DNA of 62,922 bases, the filler included, from Folioceros fuciformis (Eukaryota), in assembly GCA_049999805.1 (NCBI GenBank). It is 3 parts of 3 records of this genome, joined end to end, with 100 filler letters (N's around TTAATTAATTAA, not from the genome) between each part and the next. Parts side by side here need not be neighbours in the genome. Positions count along the whole stretch, not along the records: positions 23,895 to 48,666 come from JBNGIO010005937.1; positions 48,767 to 62,922 come from JBNGIO010005941.1; 1 more part is not named here. The stretch is one strand, 5' to 3'. The translations under genes and the position numbers were made by a program. Within the stretch, counting starts at the first letter, position 1. Each line of letters opens with the position of its first letter. This document shows positions 38,201 through 49,896 of the stretch, in pieces. The notes below the pieces were generated by a model, which worked only from the letters and a program-made list of their open reading frames with translations, did no database searches and was not told the DNA's origin.

Positions 38201-39268
38201 TTAGCTGCAGATGCATCCACCTCAGCATACCTATCGCTGGCCACTGCACCCGCGGTAGAACTGTTCTTCTTGAGCTGCTTCCGGAGGCTAGTCGCAATCT
38301 GCTCACACTTGTGCAAAGTCTTCTTCAGCAACTCATGACCACTTTCATTGAGAAGAGACTTCCGGCCCGTGCCATGGGAACTGTCCGATGTCCCTGCTGC
38401 TTGGAACCATATCCAAATTCATGAATATAATCAGTGGGATGAAACAGAATGGGTAGACTTGTATGAGCAGCACAACGTAGATGATCAAACCTTCATCTTC
38501 CTGTAGCTGCCTCGCAATTTCCTCATCATTTGCACAATCATGGTCCATGGCTGGGCCCTGATCGTATGTTACAGAGGACTTCTTTCCTCTCCTCTCTGCT
38601 CTATAGTCGTAATCCTCATCACTGCTGTCGTCTACAATCCTGCTCCTTTTCCTCTTTTGTCTCCCCCTCAGGCTCCCCGGGGCTCGTGGTCGGTCGACGC
38701 TGGAATGCATTGGCCTGTTTGCAGCCCGGGAGTCATCCAATTGACCATGTGTTGCCCCATTGGCAGCCCCTCTCCGCTTCTTCCTGCTGCTGGATTGGAG
38801 CGGCTGAAGATTATCACGTGAGCTGTCCAGCACCCTGTCAAGCTTGCCATTCTGCTGCTTGTCATCAGCGGCTAGGTCCTTGGGAGGAGGCTTTCCACTG
38901 AATTTCACAATCAATCGCGGGATGGGAGGGGCGTGAGAACCCTTGACAAAACCCGCACCATTCTCTTCTTTACGATTGTTAGGAGATGAATTTGTCAAGG
39001 CACTAAAAGCTGGTTTTACAGAGGCCTGTGGTGGCTGGTAAGCAAAAGATTCAAGGGGTAGCCGAGTTGCCGTCATACTAGGCTGGTCTTGTCGTGAACG
39101 GGCGGCGGGCGCACCAGCAACATCATGCGCCGATGCAGAGGCTTTCACCAGCCGCCTGGTTTTGGTGAGATCCGGCACCTGCTGCCCCAACACTCGCGAT
39201 GCTCTGACATCGAAAGTCCCTCCCCATTCATCGCAGTCCGAAAGCTCCTCCGCTGCAGTGCATTTCAT
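35269..39268 (-). CDS. CHR19: SNF2 chromatin remodeler CHR19/ETL1 (Fun30/SMARCAD1 subfamily), multi-exon
   Basis: N-terminus [128 protein letters not shown]. Confidence 0.93.
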
Positions 39269-41029
39269 GGTTGTGGTGCAGTCTCGACGATATGGGCCCG
39301 GCCCTTGTCAACCTGAAAACTGCAAGGGAGGAAAATGAGGCATGACCATTGATTGTGGGATGGAATGGCCCGAGTGCGGAATTACACCGCCTGCGCCCGG
39401 GGGCCCGACCCTAACCTTCCCGCCGAAGGCAGGTTTGCTACGAGCAACGAGCTGAAGCTGGCAATCTGCTAAGGCGGTGTACCAACCTGGAGCCCCTTGA
39501 AGAGGATGTGTCTAAGGAATTACATAGACACGGACAGTGCCTCTATGTGGCCCCACAAAGAATATCCAAGCAATCATGGACGAATCCATGCGCTACCTCT
39601 ACCCCAATTCTAGGGTCCCTGCACGCGAAAAGCTGGGGAGCAGCTTACGCGAAGCCGTGGAACCCAGATTCAGGGCCCAGGCAGCTGCGAAGCTGGGTGC
39701 AGCCAACAGCGGTGGGTCATGAATCCGACCATTCCAAACTGCGTGCAAATACCTGAGCACAAGGGACGGGGAGCGGTAGCAGATAGGACGTATGGGGAGC
39801 GGAGGCAGACAGAGAAATCAGGAGCAGAAGCGGCACCTAAAGAATGTGAGTAGCCCAGAGCTACCGGGAGAGATGGCTGTGGCAGGGGGACACTCGTTGG
39901 CAGCTTGGGGCAGGAGCGGCAAGAATGTGGGAAGGGAGAGCCGGCACACAATGCTGCAGTTTGCGCTGCCACTACAAACCAGCCGCCCCGAGGTTTAACC
40001 AAGACCCCAGCATGAGCATGGCGGATCCAGCCTGTGGAACCACTGGAGTTTGGCGCCAAACAAATGGCAGGCCGAGGAGAGCGTGTACGCGAGTTCCATG
40101 CAGCCTAGCCCACTGTGACCCAGAGCCGATGACCTAAGTACTACCTAGTTCTTTTAAATCCTGCCCGAAAGCCTACCCAGCGAGCGACCGGCACATACGC
40201 AAACGCATACGCATCCTCTCACAACATTAGGTTTCCCGTACACAACCAACCCACATACATACATACAATTTACTTCGAAACCAGATCATACCTGCGGTGC
40301 CTTGTCCGCCCTAAGCGCTATTCAAATTCTTTGTGTGGAAAGCATGAATTTATACTCTCCTACTGGTATGAGCTTGTTGCACACATAGGTAAAAAAAATT
40401 TGGGTTATAATTTATAATTATATTATTATTACAATTAATATATACAAAATATTATTACTTTAGAAATTTAGAAGGTGCTATGATTGACTATTTTGTAATC
40501 AAGCAATACATGGAATCACTCTTACAGAAGAGAGGCCTCCATGCAAAACAATGATAGGGTGCCATGAGATTAGACACTTTATGTATAAAAAAAAAAAAAA
40601 AGATTCAACACTGAGGGAGGTAGGAAACTAATTAAATATAGGAATATGAGAGCAGAAATTGTAGAAGGTTAAAAAGGTTTAAATGAGAACATTGATAGAT
40701 AGAGCAAGAAGTATATATAGATTCAATTTGGAAGTAGCAAGATTGGAAATAAAGAGAGGAAACTAGGTTCATGGAAATATAATCATGTAGAATTTATGAG
40801 AAACAAAGATGTTTTTAAGTGAGAATACAGTAAGATATGTATGTATATTCAAAGTAACAAGATTCCATATGAAGAGGAGAGAGGCCATGGTATGTAAGTG
40901 TGGAAAACATATTTGTAGAGAGCAACATAGAAAACAGAGATTTGACAGGAGGAGAGCAGAGCATAGCAAAGTGTGAATGTACGTAGGTACCTAGACCTGA
41001 ATGGGACTGGAGAAGGAAGAAAACTATGT

Positions 41030-41700
41030 ACGTGAATAGACAAAAATTGTATTGATATGTACATGAGCGCGAGGACAAGGACTTGGAAGGGACTAGGACA
41101 AGGACGTGGAAGGAAACTATGTGCCTGAATGGACGAAACAATGTTGATATGTACTTGAGCACAAGGACAAGGACACGAAGGAAGGACAAGGATGCAAAGG
41201 AAGCTACGTACGTGAATGGTTGGAAACTATATCTATGTTGATATGTACTTGAGCACAAGGACAAGGACACGAAGGAAGGACAAGGACACGAAGGAAGGAC
41301 AAGGATGCAAAGGAAGCTACGTATATGGTTGGAAACTATATCTATGAGTACGTGAGTGAAGGACAAGGATGCAAAGGAAGCTACGTACGTGAATGGTTGA
41401 AAACTATATCTATGAGTACGTGAGTGAAGAACTTGGGCACAAGGACAAGGACATGAAGGAAGAACAAGGACATGAAGGAAGGACAAGGACATGAAGAAAG
41501 GACAAGGACATGAAGGATGGACAAGGACATGAAGGAAGGACAAGGATGCAAAGGAATGGTCGGAAACTATATCCATGAGTAAGTGAGTGAAGATAAGGAC
41601 AAGGACACGAAGGAAGGACAAGGATGCAAAGGAATGGTCATAAACTATATCCATGAGTAAATGAGTGAAGATAAGGGCAAGGGAACTATGTTACATAAAT
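41030..41700 (+). repeat. Purine-rich degenerate tandem repeat, block A (AAGGACAAGGACAYGAAGG subunits nested in longer units)
   Basis: Recurrent GGACAAGGACACGAAGGAAGGACAAGGATGCAAAGGAAGCTACGTACGTGAATGGTTGGAAACTATATCTATG-type units. Confidence 0.85.
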
Positions 41701-42184
41701 GAACAGACAAGGAAATTGACAAAGAAAGGAAGTATGTACATGAACTGACAACAAAACATGAACGAACAAGGAATTTGACAAAGAAGGGAAGTATGTACAT
41801 GAACGGACAAGGAATTTGACAAACTAGACCAAAAACACACAACATTGAACAGACAAGGAATTTGACAAACTAGACCAAAAACACACAACATTGAACAGAC
41901 AAGGAATTTGACAAACTGGACCAAAACCACACAACAGACAAGGAATTTGACAAACTGGACCAAAACCACACAACAGACAAGGAATTTGACAAACCAGACC
42001 AAAAACACACGGACATGGAATTTGACAAACTAGACCAAAAACACAACATTGACGAACTAGACCAAAAACACAACATTGACAAACTAGACCAAAAACACAC
42101 AACATTGAACAGACAAGGAATTTGACAAACCAAAAACACACAACATTGTTGGACAAAAGGATGGATGCACACTAGACCAAAAAC
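41700..42184 (+). repeat. Tandem repeat block B, ~39-46 nt unit ACAGACAAGGAATTTGACAAACTAGACCAAAAACACACAACATTGA
   Basis: Roughly 8-10 full or partial copies, ending immediately beside the tRNA 3' trailer. Confidence 0.9.
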
Positions 42185-42200
42185 TCAAAACGGCATAACG

Positions 42201-42273
42201 TGGAGATGCGGGGTATCGATCCCCGTACCTCTCGCATGCTAAGCGAGCGCTCTACCATCTGAGCTACATCCCC
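42201..42273 (-). tRNA. tRNA-Ala (anticodon AGC)
   Basis: Reverse complement GGGGATGTAGCTCAGATGGTAGAGCGCTCGCTTAGCATGCGAGAGGTACGGGGATCGATACCCCGCATCTCCA (73 nt). G3:U70 identity pair; T4/T5 Pol III terminators at 42190-42187 and 42183-42179. Confidence 0.97.
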
Positions 42274-42419
42274 CACACAACGCTCCAGGAGACTTTTTTT
42301 ATTATAAATCATAAATTTAATTCCGTGCTGTCCACTTCCCTTTCCTGGAATTCCTGGATCTGTTAAGAAATTTCTGTACAATTGCCACAGAAGAATCACG
42401 TAGGACATACATAAACGTA

Positions 42420-45400
42420 TTACAGGAGGACGCAACGGCATTTAGAGTTCATTTTCCTGCTGACTAAAGCCTCAGAGGCGATCGGGACACCTACTGCTGC
42501 CTTGATGTCGGGCGCCATCGCCTGTGCAGGGGNNNNNNNNNNNNNNNNNNNNNNNNNNNNNNNNNNNNNNNNNNNNNNNNNNNNNNNNNNNNNNNNNNNN
42601 NNNNNNNNNNNNNNNNNNNNNNNNNNNNNNNNACCGTCGTTCTCGTCGTAGTATGTAAGGGAACGCCGTACGGTCGGACCCAACCCAAGGCTTTGCCCCT
42701 TCCTGAAGCTGGACTCAAATATTTGGGCAGCCAGAAAATGCCTGGCATCCGCCCCAGCCTGGGCCGACTCTACGCTGGGACTTGGCGTCGCCAGCTCGCC
42801 CTGCTCACCACCTGAAATAGCTGCATTGTAAATATGGTGCTCAACGGAGTTACAGAAGAGCGAACTAGGAGCAGCCCCTCCCTCACTTATGCTTCGCGCA
42901 TCAGCCTTCTCAGAAACGGAGGCCTCCTCGGTGGCTTCGTCTTCTGCACAAGGGCCTGACCACAGTTACTTCACATGGTCACAACACCATCCACGACTCT
43001 TCTGCCAGTCTCTACACACACCTCACCAATGCCACACGCTCTGCCTTGCTTTCATGGACAAGGAAAAGGACAAGCAAGAGGCGAGGACACCAGTCACTCC
43101 CCGGCAACGCCAACACTTCGGCCACCCAGCACTCTTGCTAAACCTTCCTTTCACCCCTCCTCACGCAGCCCAACCACACAAATTTCGCTTCTTGCAAAAG
43201 CATCTGAAACTGAGCTAGAACGCACTGTGATGTTTGAGAGGTTACTCTGAGTCCGCGGTGGGAGATTTGTTACACCTTTCTGTGAGAGTGACCCTGTAAT
43301 GCCACTTTGCTGGAAGGCCCTTAATGGGGACCTCGCCCTGTTCACCGCTACCTCACCACCTGTTCTCTTATCTGCTGTCTCAGAGTGAAACTGCTCCTCA
43401 AATCCGTCTATGAACAGGGACAACGCGTCCGGAGGATTCACATTCACCTTCTCACTCTTTTCCACGCTTGCAAGAGCTGGCGGAGGAACATCTTCAACCG
43501 GATCCCGCACAAGTGGCTCACCCTCACCCACTGCCTCTTCCTTCGCAGCCTGAGCCTTCTTCAGTTGCTCAAGTTTTTGAATCACAGCACTAAGCCCGCT
43601 ACCCTCATCTTTACCTTCCACCGCCTCTACATTTACATCGGCATGCACCTTATTCGCCACTACATCCGCCTCCTTCGTTCCCCGGTGGGCAGTTTCATGG
43701 TGCCCAGGGCCTCTACTTCCCACAGGGACAAGCCTGGAAGGTGTGGAAGCTACCTTGGGATGTATGTTCGTCTCCGGCAACAACAAGTCATTGCCTGATT
43801 CATCCTCAGCTTTGCCAGCATTCGTAGTGTGAGCATAGGCAGCGTCCTGCTTCGATTCGATGAGGCCCAAAAACATATCGAAACATCCATCGCCCGAAGA
43901 AACACGCTTATCAGCCGTTACCGTTGCCGGACAGGTCTTGATCGGTGAAGCCGATTTGGGACACACGGAATCACTTACCAGCTGTTTCGTGATAGCTGGA
44001 ACGCTGGCTACATCTCCAGGAAACCCTTCTACATTTTGTTGGACCTTTTCCTCCTCCGAAAAGGCAGGACTTTCTAGGGCTCCCTTCGAGTCCCAGTATT
44101 TCAGGTCTAAACCATAGTGGTGGTCATCCCACGAGGACGTACTAGTCGACACTCCTGTATCTGTACTCCGCGAGAAATCGTCCTTGCCATAAAAGGAACT
44201 GGGACTGTAGTGGCTGTATTGCGGAAACCTGGTAGATTTGGCCTTGTCATTCACCATGCTTTCTCGCTCCACACGACCTGTGGGTTTGCACTTGGCCGAC
44301 CCAAGACCAGCTGCCGGTGTGACAACGTGTTCGTTGCACTCTCGGATGTCAGTCCAGTCATGACTGTATCGATGGTCCAGGGATAGACTGCTGGCTTGGC
44401 TTTGAAGCTCGCTTGACAAATCAGTATCCCCCACTGCAGACAGGTTTCTGTCTGATGTTGAATTCGACCCGCAATTGGAACTCAGATACTGCGATTGCTG
44501 CGGATGTGAACCCTCACGGTTATACTCAGACTCAGTTGAAACAGCCTTTCCCTCTGTAGCAGTCATGTCGGTCCAGGTACTGGTGTCAATAGCAACAAAG
44601 TCTTGCTCTCCCTTTTGGACCCCTCGAAATGCAGTAGACTGGTCTTCTTGGATATCAACAAAATCCTGCTCCACCGCAACCACGGCATCTGTCTTCCTCA
44701 CTTCCTTATTCTCCCCACCGGTAATTGCGTTCTCCTTGCGGGTACAAGAACCGTCAAATCTCGTATCACTGGGAAATGCATAGATCATTTCAGGCTTCTC
44801 ATCCCTGGACCCAAAGTGGTCTTCTTGGCTTCCCAACCTGAGTGACCTCCTGTTATAACTCGATGCTTCCCCTGACCGGCTGTCCGGGTCACATATGTCA
44901 ACACTGACAGCGTCGATGCTCCCATATGTGGTCGTGGCTTCGGAACCAGCGTTGCTTTCTACTTCATATCTGTCAAAATTGATACCTTCTCTCTTCTCAT
45001 CCCTGTCATCTTGACTACCACCCCATCCGGAGCTCTTCTCATCGTCCTTGTCAAGAACAAGAATTTGCACGCTCCTGGATGGAGAGACTCTTTTATTCCA
45101 GTCAGGAATGAGCTCATCAACATCCTGTTCACTACCCTCCGTGTCTGCAGCAATGCTGACAGCCCTTTCCGAGCTCGCATTGCTGCTTGTTGCGATAGAA
45201 GAATCCACATTCGGGCCAGTCCTGTGAAGTAGGTTACTGGAACCACCACTGAAGAAAGAGGATCCACAAGCACTTGACTGTTGCAAAGGTCGGAATGCAT
45301 TGGCTGAGCTTCTCAGTTCCTGCAATGCCAACAAGCAGCGAATCAACAAGCCGCAGCGACAAATTGCCGTCACATTGACATGTGAAAAAGCTTACCACGT

Positions 45401-48003
45401 GCTGCCAGTCCGTGGACTTTCTTGGAAACGAGCCACCGAAGATCGAGGTATCCCTTGCTCCAGAAGGTTTACCCACTCGTTTGGAGTTCAAGTTCAGCTT
45501 GCTGGCCATTCTTCCTTCCAACTCCAGCAGAGACCTGCGGGTGTCAGCACGACTGTCGGCCCTGCTGCTTAACAAGTTAGGTCTTGTCACCTCGACCCCA
45601 TCATCGTGAAATGGCAAAACCGACCCTCTGCTTGTCTGAGAGCTAGATCTGTCGCTGTAATTCCTTGACAAGCTTGGAGAGGCAGCCCTGCCTCTAGGTC
45701 GGCTGCTTGCATCATTGGTCTCAGGAGTGTGTGCTGCTCGGAGAGCAGGACTACTGCTCCTCCTTGAGGCTGAGGGACCCCGTGTGGATGCCGACTGACC
45801 TTCAGCTAAGCACGTTCGGAGGTTGGGAGGAGGTTCGGAAGGAAAATCAGGCATTGCCGGGTATACCATCTTGCTTTTAGGTGACGCGGAAGAGCCAGGA
45901 GCGACTGAACCTCGTGTAGGAGAAGGCCCACCTCTAGTAGATGATGTCGACCTCGTTGTGGTAGGACCCGAGGACGTCCGTCGAAGAGTCGGAGTGGAAG
46001 ATCTTGCAGATGTAGAGGTCGGAGTGGAGGATCTTGTAGATGCGGAGGAGTGCGTCGACAAGGACCTGGTCGGCGTTGACGGGCGAGCACCATTTGCAGT
46101 AGATCTCATGACTGGGGATGAAGGTTTGGATGAGGAGAATGTTGGAATCCGACTGCGTGGAGTCGACGGCCGCGAAATTGTCCTCTCAGGTCCATCAGCA
46201 GAAGGCGACGGCTTCCCAGACGATGCTGCGCCCTCGACTGATGTAGGAGACTGCCATTCCGATGGGGAAAACCTGCCAAAGCCATCACCAGGTGAGGAGG
46301 GCTTCCCAGGTTGTGCAGAAGACTTCCCAGAGCCTTCACCGGTGGCCAAAGCTCTCACAGCGATTCTAGGCAGCTTCAGGAAGCCGTCATCAGGAGTTGA
46401 CGGGCTTGAACCATAAATAACCGATGTTCCCTTGCCCTCTGCCTGAGGAGAAGGCAAGGCGTCAATCACCGGTACAGGTGTGGCAAGTCCGCCATCCAGT
46501 GCTGCAGGGGGTGTTGGTGTAGTAGCATCCCCTGGTGTGCCGGGTGTCCCAATCCCTGCCGAGCTCCACTCTTGTTGCATTACATCTGCCATCTGTGTGC
46601 CTATACCAGCTTCGGATACTGCACTCTCCTCCACTGGACCGACAGGCATGACAATGACATTGGGCACAGAAGCCCCACCATTACCCTCTCCCACCGAGGA
46701 CCTTGCGTTTGGTGTAGAAGGCCTTGCCGGTCCTGCAGCCCTAGCAGAGGAGTCCAGCACTCTTGGCCCTGGTGATGCAGGCCTTGCTCCAGCAGTGGAC
46801 GGCCTCGTTCCTGGTGTCGAGGGTCTGACATTGCCGTCACTGGCAGACGACAGCCTCCCATTTGAGGATGTAAGTCTACCTCTGGCATCAGTAGGAGTTG
46901 ATGGCCGCCCATTGTATGAAGAGGACCTGTTGAGGCTGTCAGCGGGCGAGGCAGGCCTGGCATGTGACGCCGGCGCCCCATCAGAGCTTGCTGGAGTCCT
47001 GCTATTAGGTGTGGCAGGTCTGCCAGGGCCCTCCGCAGCCCTTATACTTGGCCTCCCGGATGGGCTGGAAGGCCTGCTTGACGGTCGAGACGAAGGAAGT
47101 GGTGTGGACGCAGGTACTGTTGACCTGCCCCTGGCAGCACTAGCACCATTGGTCGGGGTACTTGGTCTCCGAGGACTTAAGTTTCCGCGGGTGCCTACTT
47201 TTAAAACCGGTTCCACCTTAGGAGGCTCCATCTTCCCACTAGACAGCTGCAAAACAATGCTAACCCGAGTGTGAGTCCGTAGAGCTTCCGTGATGCATTC
47301 ACACTCACAATCGCACCCAAGAAGTGAAGTGACAGAGGCACGGAAGGCTCCAGGAAGGAGTAACTCACCCTGGAGGCGGGTTTCGCCGGGGGAACGTATC
47401 GGGGGTACAAGCCACCTTGCACCATTCCTCCCAAGGAAGAGTCATGGTCTAAGGAAGGGAAGAGCGGAGTCCCCGGAGGCGTCAAGAGCCTGCAAACCCA
47501 GAACACATTGTAATCAGGCATGGGGAAGCATCACACGCCAAGGCCCTAACAACCGAGCGCAGCCACAAAGCACCCACCAATCATAGTCGTTCTTGTCAGG
47601 GTCCGATACCAGCAAGTCGTTACTATGCCTGTGATGGGCGAGAGCAGAGGCACGAAATCCCGACAACACCCCGTACTTGGTAGCTGCAGAAGCCAGAAGA
47701 AGACACATTTCCTCAGACCCAAGCCAACAATGTCCACCACTAGGCCACCTCCCACATTTGAAAAAAAACGGAAGAGCAAGCATGCGGCAGCGAGGAAGCG
47801 TGCACGAAGAGGCAGCACTGACACAGAGACGCCTCTATGAGGTCCTCGGTGTCCGAAGAGGGATGGAGGTAGTTGACACGCTCCCGGCGCCTCATGTCAT
47901 GGAACAATGCCAGGTCCTCGTCCCTGTCGTGCTTGGCCATGGTGGTGGGCAGGCTCCGGCCCCGCCTGTGCTGCCCGGCCAGGGCCTCCCGCACGGCGCT
48001 CAT
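42420..48003 (-). CDS. BASIC PROLINE-RICH PROTEIN (BPP) family microtubule-associated protein, long type with C-terminal CaaX
   Basis: RDEDLALFHDMRRRE; DKNDYDW|LLTPPGTPLFPSLD; repeated RPSTP/RSSTP; PDFPSEPPPNLRT. An acidic exon follows, then two more phase-compatible exons ending KMNSKCRCVLL* at 42420. The last exon crosses an N gap. Confidence 0.8.
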
Positions 48004-48666
48004 GGTCGCAGCCGGTGATGAGGTCGCAAGCAGGGGGTCAGCTGCAGCTGCGGTGGAAAGGCCCGTATATCCGGCCCGGAAGCAGGCCGCATTGCATTGC
48101 GCGAGAGGCAGAGGCGGAGCTAGCGCAAGCGCTCACCTTCCCTCATCGCCAATGCGGGCAGAGTAGCAGGAAGAGGAAGAGCGCTAGCAGCACGGCAGAA
48201 ATGCGCGCTGAGTGGGTGCACGGTCCACTCCGGTCCTGCCGAAGAGTAAGTGTGCCGGTTGTTGGGAAACTGGAAGAGGCGGTCCAGCAGGTGCGGCGGC
48301 AGCGCCACCATGGTGGTGCCAGCAAATGCAGCAAGGGCTGGCAAGGCCGAGACCAATGCCAAGCCCAAGGCAGGGCGAGAAGGCGCGTCGCAGGCGAGGA
48401 GAGAGGAAGGTGCGGCGACAGCGGCGATGGAGGTGGAGGAGGGCCTGCGACTGGGAGGGGAGCGTGGGTCGGCGATGAGCATGGAGACCAGGAGGAGGCT
48501 GGCTCGGGCTCCGGGGTGTGGAGTCAGGCCCTCAGGCTCAAGCTCTGGCAGCCGGGCACCAAAAGTTGCCAGTCAGAACACAGCCAAAGGCAGGGAGATA
48601 TGTGTGACGAGAGTCGTGACTGGTGGGTCGGTCTCGCACAAGTGCGAGAAAGCGAGAGAGGCAGGG

Positions 48667-48766
48667 NNNNNNNNNNNNNNNNNNNNNNNNNNNNNNNNNN
48701 NNNNNNNNNNTTAATTAATTAANNNNNNNNNNNNNNNNNNNNNNNNNNNNNNNNNNNNNNNNNNNN
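48667..48766. other. Artificial contig linker N44-TTAATTAATTAA-N44
   Basis: Same structure as 23795-23894. Confidence 0.95.
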
Positions 48767-49036
48767 TGTACAGTCCTGGGTAGGGGGTTGGCGTTGGGGG
48801 AAGAGGTGGGACATTTCGTCTACGCCTCTCGGCTTGCCGCGCTCGTGCGCTCTCGGGGGGCCCCCTCCGCCCTCGCGGCCCCTGCTGCTGCCTTGTCTTG
48901 TTGTATACCCAGCCCAAAACCCACCCTCCTGCAACCACTCCGTCAGCTCCATGACTGCAACCCTGCCTGGCCAGATCTGCTTCGCTCCCGCTTCCGACTT
49001 GCGCTCCTGTTTCGATTAGGGTTTCTACACTCTTTC

Positions 49037-49896
49037 ATGGCCTCCCAGGATCGGCGATCTGTCTGGGACAAGATTGCCGGTTTGTTCCAAGGTTTTCAGA
49101 GAGGTGTGTGCTTCAGATCTGGGGACGGCCGCCTGCTCCCCGCAATTCTGGACTTGGCTTTTGCAGTGGATTATGTTTGTGCGTTGCGCTCACACCTCAG
49201 GCTCCCTTCTTCCCCTTGCGCAGCCAAGTTGAATGAGAAGGAGGTTGTGAAGCAGGTTATTGACAAGGTGTTTGAGCGTTTCACATCTACTGCGTCTGGC
49301 AACACGCTAGATGCGCAAGAGCTGTACACAGCCATTCTACTCGTTTACAAGTAAATTATCGGTGTGCTTACTTTCTTGCGTTTGGAAACGCCTTTGCCAC
49401 TGCACGATTCATCGGATGGGATGGTCTAATCTAAGGCGGATCTATCTTTATCCTTGTCATTTGTCAGTGACATCAACAAAAGGTTTCCTGGACCTCACCA
49501 TGACCCACCTGGCAAGGAAGAAGTGGATGAGTTGCTCAAGGTACGGATTTTGGCTTGTATAGCTCACCCCTCTGGCTCAGGAGAACACGGCAATTGTTTT
49601 CCTCACCAAACTCCTGACCTGTACTGCAGAAGTTTGATATAAACAGGAATGGTGTCTTGGACCGCGAGGAATTCACAGCATTTGTCCAGACTTTCACAAC
49701 TAATGTCACGTCCCAAATAAGTATCAACATTGTCGTATTTGCCTTGTTAGCCCCAGCTTTGGCTTTGCTCACGAAGGGTGCCACAGAGCAGGTGCCGTAT
49801 GTTGGCAAGGTTGTCAAGAAAACACCTAATGCTGTTTATGCCTCCCTCATCAGTGCCTTCATAGCTCTAGCAGGTAAAGTGGGTGACAAACAATGA
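49037..49896 (+). CDS. Small calcium-binding EF-hand family protein with hydrophobic C-terminus (At2g44310-like), 4 exons
   Basis: ELYTAILLVYN|DINKRFPGPHHDPP; EF loop FDINRNGVLDREEF; APALALLTKGATEQVPYVGKVVKKTPNAVYAS. Confidence 0.85.

Noticed and set aside
40815-42172. Minus-strand hydrophobic ORFs (279 aa and ~100 aa)
   Set aside because: They are translations of the tandem repeats, with periodic peptides in all frames and no domain signal.
41030-42184. CRISPR-like array
   Set aside because: Units abut or are separated by related sequence rather than unique spacers; no cas genes; eukaryotic context.
47873-48722. Plus-strand ORFs of 97-271 aa upstream of the BPP gene
   Set aside because: GC-rich antisense/leader sequence of the BPP gene, open in multiple frames with no protein motif.
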